From Macrostomum lignano (lineage: Eukaryota): 64,000 bases of DNA. Positions 10,231 to 22,200 of this stretch are shown in pieces (the stretch's first letter is position 1; every line of letters starts with the position of its first letter). A program made the translations under genes and the position numbers. The notes beneath the pieces were generated by a model. It saw only the letters and a program-made list of their open reading frames with translations, made no database searches and had not been told where the DNA came from. Where the stretch lies: NCBI GenBank assembly GCA_002269645.1, contig NIVC01000056.1:124001-188000 (forward strand), given 5' to 3'.

Positions 10231-13200
10231 ATGAGACTCTGCACCGTGTTGACTTTGACCTCGCTTTGCTTGGGCTGCTTGGTAAGTTTGCTTGGTGAGA
10301 CTGAGCTAGCGACTTTGATGCAGACTGAGACTGAGGAGAGTTTAGATTGAGACTGATAGGGGTCTAGGGTGAGACTGAGTAGCAGTGTAGGGTGAGACTG
10401 AGTAGGGCTTAGACTAGGTGAGACCGGGTGAGACTGAGTGAGACTGGATGAGACTGGGTGAGACTGAGTGAGACTGGGTGACACTCGGTGAGACTGGGTG
10501 AGACTGGGTGAGACTGGGTGAGACTGGGTGACACTCGGTGAGACTGGGTGAGACTGGGTGAGACTCGGTAAGACTGGGTGAGACTGGGTGAGACTGAGTG
10601 AGACTGGGTGACACTCGGTGAGACTGGGTGAGACTGGGTGAGACTGGGTGAGACTGGGTGACGTTCGGTGAGACTGGGTGAGACTGGGTGAGACTCGGTA
10701 AGACTGGGTGAGACTGAGTGAGACTGGGTGAGACTGGGTGAGACTGGGCGAGACTGGGTGAGAGTGGGTGAGACTGAGTGAGACTGGGTGAGACTGAGTG
10801 AGACTGGGTGAGACTGGGTGAGACTGGGTTAGAGTGAGCGAGCTGGAATTATTAAAGAGTTATTAAGAGTGATGGAGAGAACTCTGCCATTCCAGGCGGT
10901 GTCAGTCGAGCCAGCCTGCTCAGAAGCCGGATGCAGCCCCGACTCCGCAGACGTAGTCGACTCTGGCAGCGGTACTGAGGCGGATTGTTTGTTTCTGAAG
11001 AAAAATAATTTATTGTGGTACAATTTTAAGCAAACCTTTTGCCCCTCCGGTCACCCGGGTTGCTCCTGGGGTTTAAATTTCACCTGAGGGGTTTTCTTTA
11101 GCCTGAAATGGTTGGCTTTGCCGGCAGTCTGTGGTTTGAGGGGCCACACTTGATCCCAGCTTGATTCACTGAGCACGAGTGTTGGCTGTGAGTTTGGTCG
11201 CGTACTTGTTGAACTCTAAGAATTGTGGGAATTTTATTACTGCTTTCAGAGCTGATTATTATTGAAACAAACTGGAATTGAGTCTTAATTTTCTGTTTTA
11301 TTGCTGACGTCCGTGGAGAATTTATCCTAATGTAAAGGAGGGTCGTTTAGTTCATATGTACATTTTAAAAAATAAACAGCTAATCTCACCCTACTCCTCC
11401 CTCTTTAGCATTCTCTAATTACCCCTTCTACCTAACCCTCTCTCCTTATCCCTCTCTCCTTAGCCCTCTCTCCCTACCCCTCTCTCTTTACCCCTCTCTC
11501 CCTACCCCTCTCTCCTTATCCCTCTCTCCCTACCCCTCTATCCTTACCCCTCTCTCCCTACCCCTCTCTCCTTAGCCCTCTCTCCCTACCCCTCTATCCT
11601 TACCCCTCTCTACCTACCCCTCTCTCCCTAGCCCTCTCTCCTTAGCCCTCTCTCCTTAGCCTCTCTCCCTATCCCTCTCTCCCTACCCCTCTCTCCCTAC
11701 CCCTCTATCCTTAGCCCTCTCTCCCTACCCCTCTATCCTTAGCCCTCTCTCCTTACCCCTCTCTCCCTACCCCTCTCTCCTTACCCCTCTCTCCTTAGCC
11801 CTCTCTCCCTACCCCTCTCTCCTTACCCCTCTCTCCCTACCCCTCTCTCCTTAGCCCTCTCTCCGTACCCCTCTCTCCTTACCCCTCTCTCCCTATCCCT
11901 CTCTCCCTACCCCTATCTTCCTCTACCCATTTCAGCCCACAAATTTCTATCCCAATCCCACCTCACCATTTCCCACTTGAGCGCCCAAATCCCACTTGAG
12001 CTAGCCAGCCTCCATCTTCCACAGCCTCAGTGACTGAGTGGGGGTTGAACAAACTTTACTGGCTGAAGCCGGCATGCAGGCAATAAAATATTGTCATTAG
12101 CGAGTGCACGGATTGCGCAACGCGAGGCCAACACAGAAGGCCATCTGCGACACTCGAAGAGAAAGTCACGTTTCACCGGGCGATCTCTGGGAAGCGATCA
12201 AGGCCGGGCATCTTTGCAAGATTGAGGCGAGGTCAACCGAGGTCAGGCGGAGTAACTAAAACAGAGGCGATAAATCCTTCAAGCGTTTCTGTATTTTTAC
12301 AATGAAAAACTGAAAGAAAAGTTTCTCACAGAGCTCTCAGAGACTCAACAAGCAGTTGGTAAAGTCTTTCTCATCATCACTTCTAGTCTGCCTCATCATT
12401 CTCCCTCGCCTACCTCATCGTTCTCCACCTCCCTTCTCATTCCCCCGCTTCCCTTATCATCCCCTCATCTCCCCGATCATTCTCCATCTTTATAATTCCC
12501 CCACCTCACTCATCATTCCTACTCTCTCTTATCACTCCCCGCCTCCCTCATCATTCCCCCGCCTCCCTCATCATTCCCCGCCTCCCTCATCATTCCCCCG
12601 CCTCTCTCATCATTCCCCCGCCTCCCTCATCATTCCCCGCCTCCCTCATCATTCCGCCGCCTCCCTCATCATTCCCCACCTCCCTCATCATTTCCCACCT
12701 CCCTCATCATTCCCCCGCCTCCCTCATCATTCCCCCGCCTCCCTCATCATTCCCCCGCCTCCCTCATTATTTTCCCACCTCCCTCATCATTCCCCGCCTC
12801 CCTCATCATTCCCCCGCCTCCCTCATCATTCCCCCGCCTCCCTCATCATTTTCCCACCTCCCTCATCATTTCCCACCTTCCTCATCATTCCCCCGCCTCC
12901 CTCATCATTCCCCACCTCCCTCATCATTCCCCCCGCCTCCCTCATCATTCCCCACCTCTCTCATCATTCCCCCGCCTCTCTCATCATTCCCCCGCCTCCC
13001 TCATCATTCCCCCGCCTCCCTCATCATTCCTCCGCCTCTCTCATCATTCCCCGCCTCTCTCATCATTCCCCCGCCTCCCTCATCATTCCCCGCCTCCCTC
13101 ATCATTCCGCCGCCTCCCTCATCATTCCCCGCCTCCCTCATCATTCCCCGCCTCCCTCATCATTCCCCCGCCTCCCTCATCATTTTAACACCTCCCTCAT

Positions 13201-16200
13201 CATTTCCCACCTTCCTCATCATTCCCCCGCCTCCCTCATCATTCCCCACCTCCCTCATCATTCCCCCGCCTCCCTCATCATTCCCCCGCCTCTCTCATCA
13301 TTCCCCCGCCTCTCTCATCATTCCCCCCGCCTCCCTCATCATTCCCCCGCCTCCCTCATCATTCCTCCGCCTCTCTCATCATTTCCCGCCTCTCTCATCA
13401 TTCCCCCCGCCTCCCTCATCATTCCCCGCCTCCCTCATCATTCCGCCGCCTCCCTCATCATTCCCCACCTCCCTCATCATTTCCCACCTCCCTCATCATT
13501 CCCCCGCCTCCCTCATCATTCCCCCGCCTCCCTCATCACAACCCCCACCTCATAATTCTCCGCTTCCATCACTATTGCCCACTTAACTCATCATTCCTCC
13601 AGTTATCCCTCATTTTTTAAACCCCTTATCGTTTCTCCTAGTCCTCTCATAATTTCTTATTCACTTCTAAGAGTGGCAACACCATCGCAGCCCTCCATCA
13701 AACCCCCTTAGAAGAAGCTCTTAGAACGGCTTTCAACTGACAGCTGGTGCTATTTTGTAGCCCAAGACAAAAGGCTACCAGCTGCAGCCGGCACTGTCTA
13801 TCTGCATATTGCATCGAGATGAGGTTCACAGCCAACAGCTGAGAGAGGCACGTGCGCGGATAAAGTGCACAATTTTGGTGGGCCAGAATGCGTGAAAAAA
13901 TTCTTTGTTCGAAAACATCCTGTTAGGGAGTTGGAGCTCTTTTAGAGCAAGGGTTGAAGGAATGAGGGAAAGGATGGGTCAATAAATGGGTAACCTGTTG
14001 AGTCAATGGATGGGTTAACTGTTGCGTCCATGAATGGGTCAACTGTTGGGTCAATGGTTCAACTGTTAGGTCAATGGGTCAAAAATGGTTTAAGTGTTGG
14101 GTAAATGGGTCGGTCAATGGATTGGCCAATGGATGGGTCAATGAACGGGTCACCTGTTGGTCCAATAGATAGTTCAATAAATGGGTCAACCTGTTAGGTC
14201 AATAGCTGGGTCAACTGTTGGGTCACTGGATGGGTCAACTGTTGGGTCCATGGATGAGCAAACTGTTGAGTTAATGGGTCAATAAATGGGTCACCTGTTG
14301 GGTCAACGGGTGGATCAATAAATGTCACCTGTTGAGTCAATTGATGGGTCAACTGCTGGGTCAATGGATGGGTCAACTGTTGGGTCCATGAATTGGTCAA
14401 CTGTTGGGTCAATAGGTCAACTGTTAGGTAAATGGATCAATAAATAAGTCACCTGTTGGTTCAGTGGATGGGTCAATCGATGGTCAATGGATGGGTCAAT
14501 CGATGGGTCAATGGATTGGTCAATGGATGGGTCAACAGCTTTCTGAGATTGGTCATTCAACTCATTTCCGGTTCGACCCCAAAGTCTTCAGGCACTAATC
14601 TGATGGCAGCGCAACCCCCGCTTCGCCCGCAGGCGCCGTTTCCCAAGCCCCGTGCCAGCTCGAGGCTCGCTCAGTCTCCGAGACCACCGTCGAGCTCGAT
14701 TGCAGAACCAGCCAGCCGCCGACATCGGCACCGGCGCTGCAGCAGCAGCCCTCGTACGGTGGCGGTCGCCGACTGTCGCTGGAGTTCCGGCGGGTGGACG
14801 TTGGCGGCGGCGTGGCTGAGGAGCAGGCAGCGTGGGGGACCCGGCTCGAGTCGGTGGCCCAGCTGCCCCTGCAGCTTGATGGGCTCGCGCCATTCACCAG
14901 TTACCAGGTGAGGCGCTCACCCTGCAATCTACCCTGCCCGACCGTTTATCCACCTCACTCATCATCATCCCCCCACCCCCCTCATCATTCTCTGCCTGTC
15001 TCATCATTCCCCGCCTCCCTCATCATTCCCCGCCTCCCTCATCATTCCCCGCCTCCTTATCATTCCCGGCCTCTCTCATCATTCCCCGCCTCCCTCATCA
15101 TTCCCCGCCTCCCTCATCATTCCCCGCCTCCCTCATTATCTCCCACCTCACTCATCATACTCCACCTCCCTCATCATTCCTCTGCCTCCCTCATCATTCC
15201 CCCGTCTCCCTCATCATTCCTCTGCCTCCCTCATCCTTCCCCGCCTCCCTCATCATTCCCCCACTTACCTCATCACCCCCACCTCCCTCATAATTCCCCA
15301 TCTCACTCAACATTCCCCATCTCAATCATCATTCCCTATCTCACTCATCATTCCTCTGCCTCCCTCATCATTCCCCCGTCTCCCTCATCATTCCCTTATC
15401 TCCCTCTTACCTTATGGTTCACCCGCTAATGTAAACTAACTGCCTCAACGCCTACACTCAAACTTTCAAGGCCCGTCTGGTCGCCTGGAACGCACCACAG
15501 AATCAGTTGCTTGACATCGGCGAACCCGGCAGCTTCACAACCCTGGAACGAAAGGGTGAGAGTGCATTTCTAATCATCCATAAGGCTGCCATTGTAAGCC
15601 ACTGTAAGTAAGCGTGGAAGTTTAGCGCCCCTGGTGTTGGTGCCCCTGGTGCTGGCGCCCCTGGTGCTGGCGCCCCTGGTGCTGGCGCCCCTGGTGCTGG
15701 CGCCCCTGGTGCTGGCGCCCCTGGTGCTGGCGCCCCTGGTGCTGGCGCCCCTGGTGCTGGCGCCCCTGGTGCTGGCGCCCCTGGTGCTGGCGCCCCTGGT
15801 GCTGGCGCCCCTGGTGCTGGCGCCCCTGGTGCTGGCGCCCCTGGTGCTGGCGCCCCTGGTGCTGGCGCCCCTGGTGCTGGCGCCCTTGGTGCTGGCGCCC
15901 CTGGTGCTGGCGCCTCTGGTGCTAAAGCCCCTGGTGCTAAAGCTTCTGGTGCTGGCGCCTCTGGTGCTAAAGCCCCTGGTGCTAAAGCTTCTGGTGCTAA
16001 AGCCTCTGGTGCTAAAGCTTCTGGTGCTAAAGCCTCTGGTGCTAAAGCTTCTGGTGCTAAAGCCCCTGGTGCTAAAGCCCCTGGTGCTAAAGCCTCTGGT
16101 GCCAAAGCCTCTGGTGCTAAAGCCTCTGGTGCTAAAGCCTCTGGTGCTAAAGCCCCTGGTGCTAAAGCCCCTGGTGCTAAAGCCTCTGGTGCTAAAGCCT

Positions 16201-19200
16201 CTGGTGCTAAAGCCCCTGGTGCCAAAGCCTCTGGTGCTAAAGCCCCTGGTGCTAAAGCCTCTGGTGCTAAAGCCTCTGGTGCTAAAGCCTCTGGTGCTAA
16301 AGCCTCTGGTGCTAAAGCCTCTGGTGCTAAAGCCCCTGGTGCTAGTCGAACGCCACCAACCCGACCTTCGCAATGTGCAGCGCCGCCGTCGACCGCGCCG
16401 CGGTCCCTGACAGCCTCGTGGGCAGCGGAATCCGGTCAAACGCTCCGGGTGTCCTGGAAACCGCCGAGCATCCCGAACTCCCGCCTGACGGGTTTCACGC
16501 TGACGATGCAGCAGCAGCGCGGCGAGTCGACGGGAGAGTCACCAGGCCTCACTCACTCCGAGTTCGTTCGTCAAGCTCCGGCCCTGGTGGAGGCGCCGGC
16601 TTGTCACGCCGCCGGCTCGAGCACCGACGCCTGTCGCCTGTCAATCAGCTTGGCTGCCGTCAATCAACACGGGGCCGGCCCGGCAGCTCGTGTTGACGTT
16701 GTTCAGCGGGCCACGGCGCCGACCACGGCCCGGCTGCTGCTGCAGGTTGGCGGAGCGCTCAAGCTGGTGGCAGTGCCCGGGCCGCCCAGGTACACTACCG
16801 TTGTCAGCGGCAACGAACAGGAGGGCATTCTTGGTGAGTCGAATGAGTAACTAGAAAAGTACCCAGATCTTGAGATCCTGAAATCCACAAATCCCCAAAT
16901 CCTCAAATCCTCAAATCCTCAAATTCTCAAATCCCAAAATCCTGAAATGCCCAAATCCTCAAATTCTCATAACAAATCCCTAAATCCTCAGATCCTGAAA
17001 TCCCCAAATCCTCAAATTCTCATAACAAATCCCTAAATCCTCAGATCCTGAAATCCCCAAATCCTCAAATTCTCATAACAAATCCCTAAATCCTCAGATC
17101 CTGAAATCCCCAAATCCTCAAATGCTCAAATCCTCAAATCCCCAAATCCCCAAAGCTCCAAATCCACAAATCCCCAAATCCTCAAATCCCGAAATCCTCA
17201 AATCCCAAAATCCTCAAATCCTCAAATCCTGAAATCCTGAAATGCCTAAATCCTCGAACCTCCAAATCCCAAAATCCTTAAATCTTAAAATCCCTAAATC
17301 CTCAAATGCCCAAATCATCAAATACCCAAATCCCCAAATCCCCAAATCTTCAAATGTCCAAATCCTCAACTCCCCATATCCCCAAATCCAACCAAAGATA
17401 GCTACCTTTCCTCAGCAAGTTTCGAACAGTGGGCAAAATGAAAAACTCCGCCACTTAGAGCTGGTCCTCATCTTTTGCGGTAGGCGCCGCCCAAGAGGTA
17501 AATTTTTTTTAACTGAGAATGCTCGACTGCTGGCCTGACGTTTCATTTGCTGACGTCATTAACCGCTCGATAAAGCTTGCTGTGGCCTCAAAAGGATGAC
17601 GCAAGCGGTCTATTCAGCTGCGTACTAACCGAAATCAACTTTGCTTAACTTCTTAGTTCTCGTTTCCTTTTGTGCTTTGACTAAAAATATTGCTTTAAGT
17701 AATCAATCACATCAAAAACCATAACTTCTGAATCACAAATCAATCTGTCAGTCATAAACCAGGATCAATCAGTCATAAACCAGGATCAATCAGTCATAAA
17801 CCAGGATCAATCAGTCATAAACCAGGATCAGTCAGTCATAAACCAGGATCAATCAGTCATAAACCAGGATCCATCAGTCATAAACCAGGATCAATCAGTC
17901 ATAAACCAGGATCAATCAGTCATAAACCAGGATCAATCAGTCATAAATCACTGTCCAAAGCAATTCAAAACCGCAGCATTCGCAGTGGACGCTCGGCAGC
18001 AGCTGCTGTTCTCCGTTGACCACCTGGGCAGCCTGACCCGGCTCAACCTGACCACCGCTAGATCTGAGTCAGATGACTCCATTGAGCTGCCTCGAGTTCG
18101 ACAAAAGGTGCTGAAACTGGCCGTGGACTGGGTGGCTCAACACGTTTACATCCTGACGAAGCCTGGGGTGAGTCAGAGCTCTACCATACTCTCCATGATT
18201 GTCAGAACTTTCTAGCTGATGTCAGAACTCTATCATCCTGACAACTCTCATCCTGACAACTCTCATCCTGACAACTCTCATCCTGACAACTCTCATCCTG
18301 ACAACTCTCATCCTGACAACTCTCATCCTGACAACTCTCATCCTGACAACTCTCATCCTGACAACTCTCATCCTGACAACTCTCATCCTGACAACTCTCA
18401 TCCTGACAACTCTCATCCTGACAACTCTCATCCTGACAACTCTCATCCTGACAACTCTCATCCTGACAACTCTCATCCTGACAACTCTCATCCTGACAAC
18501 TCTCATCCTGACATCACTTATACTGACACCTTTCTTCCTGACTTCTTCCTGACTATTACTCTAAAATCCCTAAAAATTTTAATTCCGATCCCTCTCTTAC
18601 TGAGAATTTTAAGTATCTTCACCTTTGATCCTAAAAAAATTAATTTCTAACTATCTCATTGTGAAATGTCTTCCTGACACCGCTGGGACACCCAGTTACT
18701 ATGTCCATTATCCCAGATTCTCACAAGCCAGCCGCATCCCCAACCCCCAACCCGCTTCGACGCAGGACATCCTGCTAGCGTCGGACTGGTACAGCAAAGT
18801 CGCCGCCGAGGAGCCGAAAAAAATTGGCGACTCGCCCGGTAGCCGGGACCGGCTGAGGGCTGGCCAGGTGCAGATGCAGGTAGACCCCGTCAATGGGTAA
18901 GTCTGTGCTCAGCTTAGTGCTCACAGGATGCAGTATGTGCTCAGCTTAGTGCTCACAGGATGCAGTGTGTGTTCAGCTTAGTGCTCACAGGATGCAGTGT
19001 GTGCTCAGCTTAGTGCTCACAGGATGCAGTGTTGCATTCGCTCGCTTCACCTTGCCGGTTTTCAGGTACCTGTTTCTTTTGCAAGACGGAAATCTTTATC
19101 GCAGCGACCTTCCTCGAGGAGGCCTCCAGCTCAACTGGACTCGGGTGCCCGCGGCTTCTGAAGGTACGGCTTATAAAATTCTGACACGGGAGACACGCAG

Positions 19201-22200
19201 CTTAATCACCTGTTAGACACGGGACTCGCTCACCTTAATCACCTGTTAGACACGGGAGTCGCTCACCTTAATCACCTGTTAGACACGGGACTCGCTCACC
19301 TTAATCACCTGTTAGACACGGGACTCGCTCACCTTAATCACCTGTTAGACAACGGAGTCGCTCACCTTAATCACCTGTTAGACACAGGAGACACTCACCC
19401 AAATGCAGAGTCACATCCGACATTTCCTCAATTTCTTTTCTCAACGACAGCATCAGCTCCGCTGTCATCGTTTCGAGTTCTGCCAGCCAGTCAGCGGCTG
19501 CTGCTGATCACGGAGGCCAACTCAAGTTCTGTGCTGAGCAGCGACTTGAGCGGCCGCGGCGTCACTTCGGAGTCGACAGTCGATGGAGCGTCGACATCCC
19601 AGCCGATTATTCGGCTGCTTCGACTTCCGGATGGCCGGCTGGTGTGGACGGACGGCTCGATGGTCAGAAATTTGCTGCGACGTTTTCTGCTTTTAGTTTG
19701 CGCCCCGTGCTTAAAAATACTGATTACTTCAAGTAGTATGAGCAAAATCAAGCGTAGTTTAGCTTCAAAGTGAAAGCAAAAAATTTTCGATATCAAATCA
19801 CACTCCGTCGATGACGCACGCTCACATTTGGTGTACGGCGGCCCCTGGCTTTCATAATCTTCGGGCAAGCAACTCACTCTGCATCATGTGGATTGGCCCT
19901 CATGGGCGGGAATCGTCCGACAAGTCTCAAACATGAGCCCTAAATTAATGTGGCTGAGCGCAAAATCTGGGTGTCTTTGGGATGTTACAGCCTCCCACCA
20001 GTGCTGACGTGTGACAAATAAAACTATCATAGAGTAGAAAAGAAAAGTATGACTGAAACAAATATTCAACCAAGGTTGACGCCGACCGAGTTCGACTGCG
20101 TCAGCGATCCGGCAGCATTCGCGAGCTGGAATGCGTCGAGCCGGCCTGCCAGCCGAAGCCGGCACCGCTGATGGCACCGGAGCTGGAGGTTTTCTGTGGT
20201 ATTGGCGGCGCGTTCGCTCGTGTCAGACTGCCCGGACCTCAGGGAGAGCAGAGTGAGCGGCAGGGGTACTTTGGAACAAGGAATGAGCATGAGACACGAA
20301 GCTTTGGGTGGGGAAAATATCAAGATAAACTATTGGAAGCGAGATAACCAATGGTATGGAGTGGCTCTGACTGTTGGAAGCGAGATAACCAATGGTATGG
20401 AGTGGCTCTGACTGTTGGAAGCGAGATAACCAATGGTATGGAGTGGCTCTGACTGTTGGAAGAGAGATAACCAATGGTATGGAGTGTCTCTGACTGTTGG
20501 AAGCGAGATAACCAATGGTATGGAGTGGCTCTGACTGTTGGAAGAGAGATAACCAATGGTATGGAGTGGCTCTGACTGTTGGAAGCGAGATAACCAATGG
20601 TATGGAGTGGCTCTGACTGTTGGAAGCGAGATAACCAATGGTATGGAGTGTCTCTGACTGTTGGAAGCGAGATAACCAATGGTATGGAGTGGCTCTGGCT
20701 GTTGGAAGCGAGATAACCAATGGTATGGAGTGTCTCTGGCTGTTGGAAGCGAGATAACCAATGGTATGGAGTGGCTCTGACTGTTGGAAGAGAGATAACC
20801 AATGGTATGGAGTGTCTCTGACTGTTGGAAGCGAGATAACCAATGGTATGGAGTGTCTCTGACTGTTGGAAGCGAGATAACCAATGGTATGGAGTGGCTC
20901 TGGCTGTTGGAAGCGAGATAACCAATGGTATGGAGTGTCTCTGGCTGTTGGAAGCGAGATAACCAATGGTATGGAGTGGCTCTGACTGTTGGAAGAGAGA
21001 TAACCAATGGTATGGAGTGGCTCTGACTGTTGGAAGAGAGATAACCAATGGTATGGAGTGTCTCTGGCTGTTGGAAGCGAGATAACCAATGGTATGGAGT
21101 GGCTCTGACTGTTGGAAGAGAGATAACCAATGGTATGGAGTGTCTCTGACTGTTGGAAGAGAGATAACCAATGGTATGGAGTGTCTCTGGCTGTTGGAAG
21201 AGAGATATCCAATGGTATGGAGTGTCTCTGGCTGTTGGAAGAGAGATAACCAATGGTATGGAGTGTCTCTGGCTGTTGGAAGCGAGATAACCAATGGTAT
21301 GGAGTGTCTCTGGCTGTTGGAAGCGAGATAACCAATGGTATGGAGTGTCTCTGGCTGTTGGAAGAGAGATAACCAATGGTATGGAGTGTCTCTGGCTGTT
21401 GGAAGCGAGATAACCAATGGTATGGAGTGGCTCTGGCTGTAAATGAAATTAATTAACCACAATCTTGCCCAGGTGCTTCCGCATTCCATCGATGGCGTAC
21501 AGCTGTCTGGACCTCAGACTCACCAACTACACTCCATCAACCGGTGCTGCCGCCGGCTGCTGTATCCTCGCCCGACATCGGTCAGTTCGTCAACCTGCCT
21601 CCGCCAACTGCCACTGCGACTGTGTCAGCTGCGGTCTTCTACGACAGGCCACCTCTGCCGCCACCGAACGGCACCGAAGCCCTGTGGAGCCGGCCTGTTG
21701 TCTGCGCCCGACAGCAGCGAAATCCCAACGGCACCGGCCGCTCGCTTCGACTGTTTGCAATGACCAGCACTGCTGGTGGCTTCAAGTATCAACTTCAACG
21801 ACTGGAGTTCAACGAGACTTCGATGGCGGAGCCCCGAGCGGCCGTCTGTCCGGAGAGCAGCTGGCACGGACATTATCCGGCTTGTAAGATTTCCATTGCA
21901 CAAGCGCGAGATCTGTTTTGGGGAATTAAAATTTTCAATGGGAATCTTGTACAGCTCAAAAAAGAAAAGACCGGGTGTTTGTCATAAAATGCATTAGCGA
22001 AATGAACATATTTTTGGCATTAAGTTTGCGAGATTGGTTCACAGGTTCACAAATTCCGTCCGAATTTCCGAAATTCAACTGGACACCGGCGCTAGAGGAT
22101 GCCCGTAGTTAAAGCAAGTTTCTGGTGTTGCCTAGTGTGTGCGTGTGCTTCTTCTGGGCGACTTTACTTTTATCGATCAAATTCGGCTGTGGCGAAACCC

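Noticed and set aside
15503-16439. Collagen- or elastin-like GAPAP / LVLAP ORFs
   Set aside because: 15-bp tandem repeat inside an RTK intron; open in several frames on both strands.
20223-21489. Regular 41-bp repeats that could be mistaken for a CRISPR array or a repeat protein
   Set aside because: Head-to-tail units with no unique spacers, eukaryotic intron, no cas genes.
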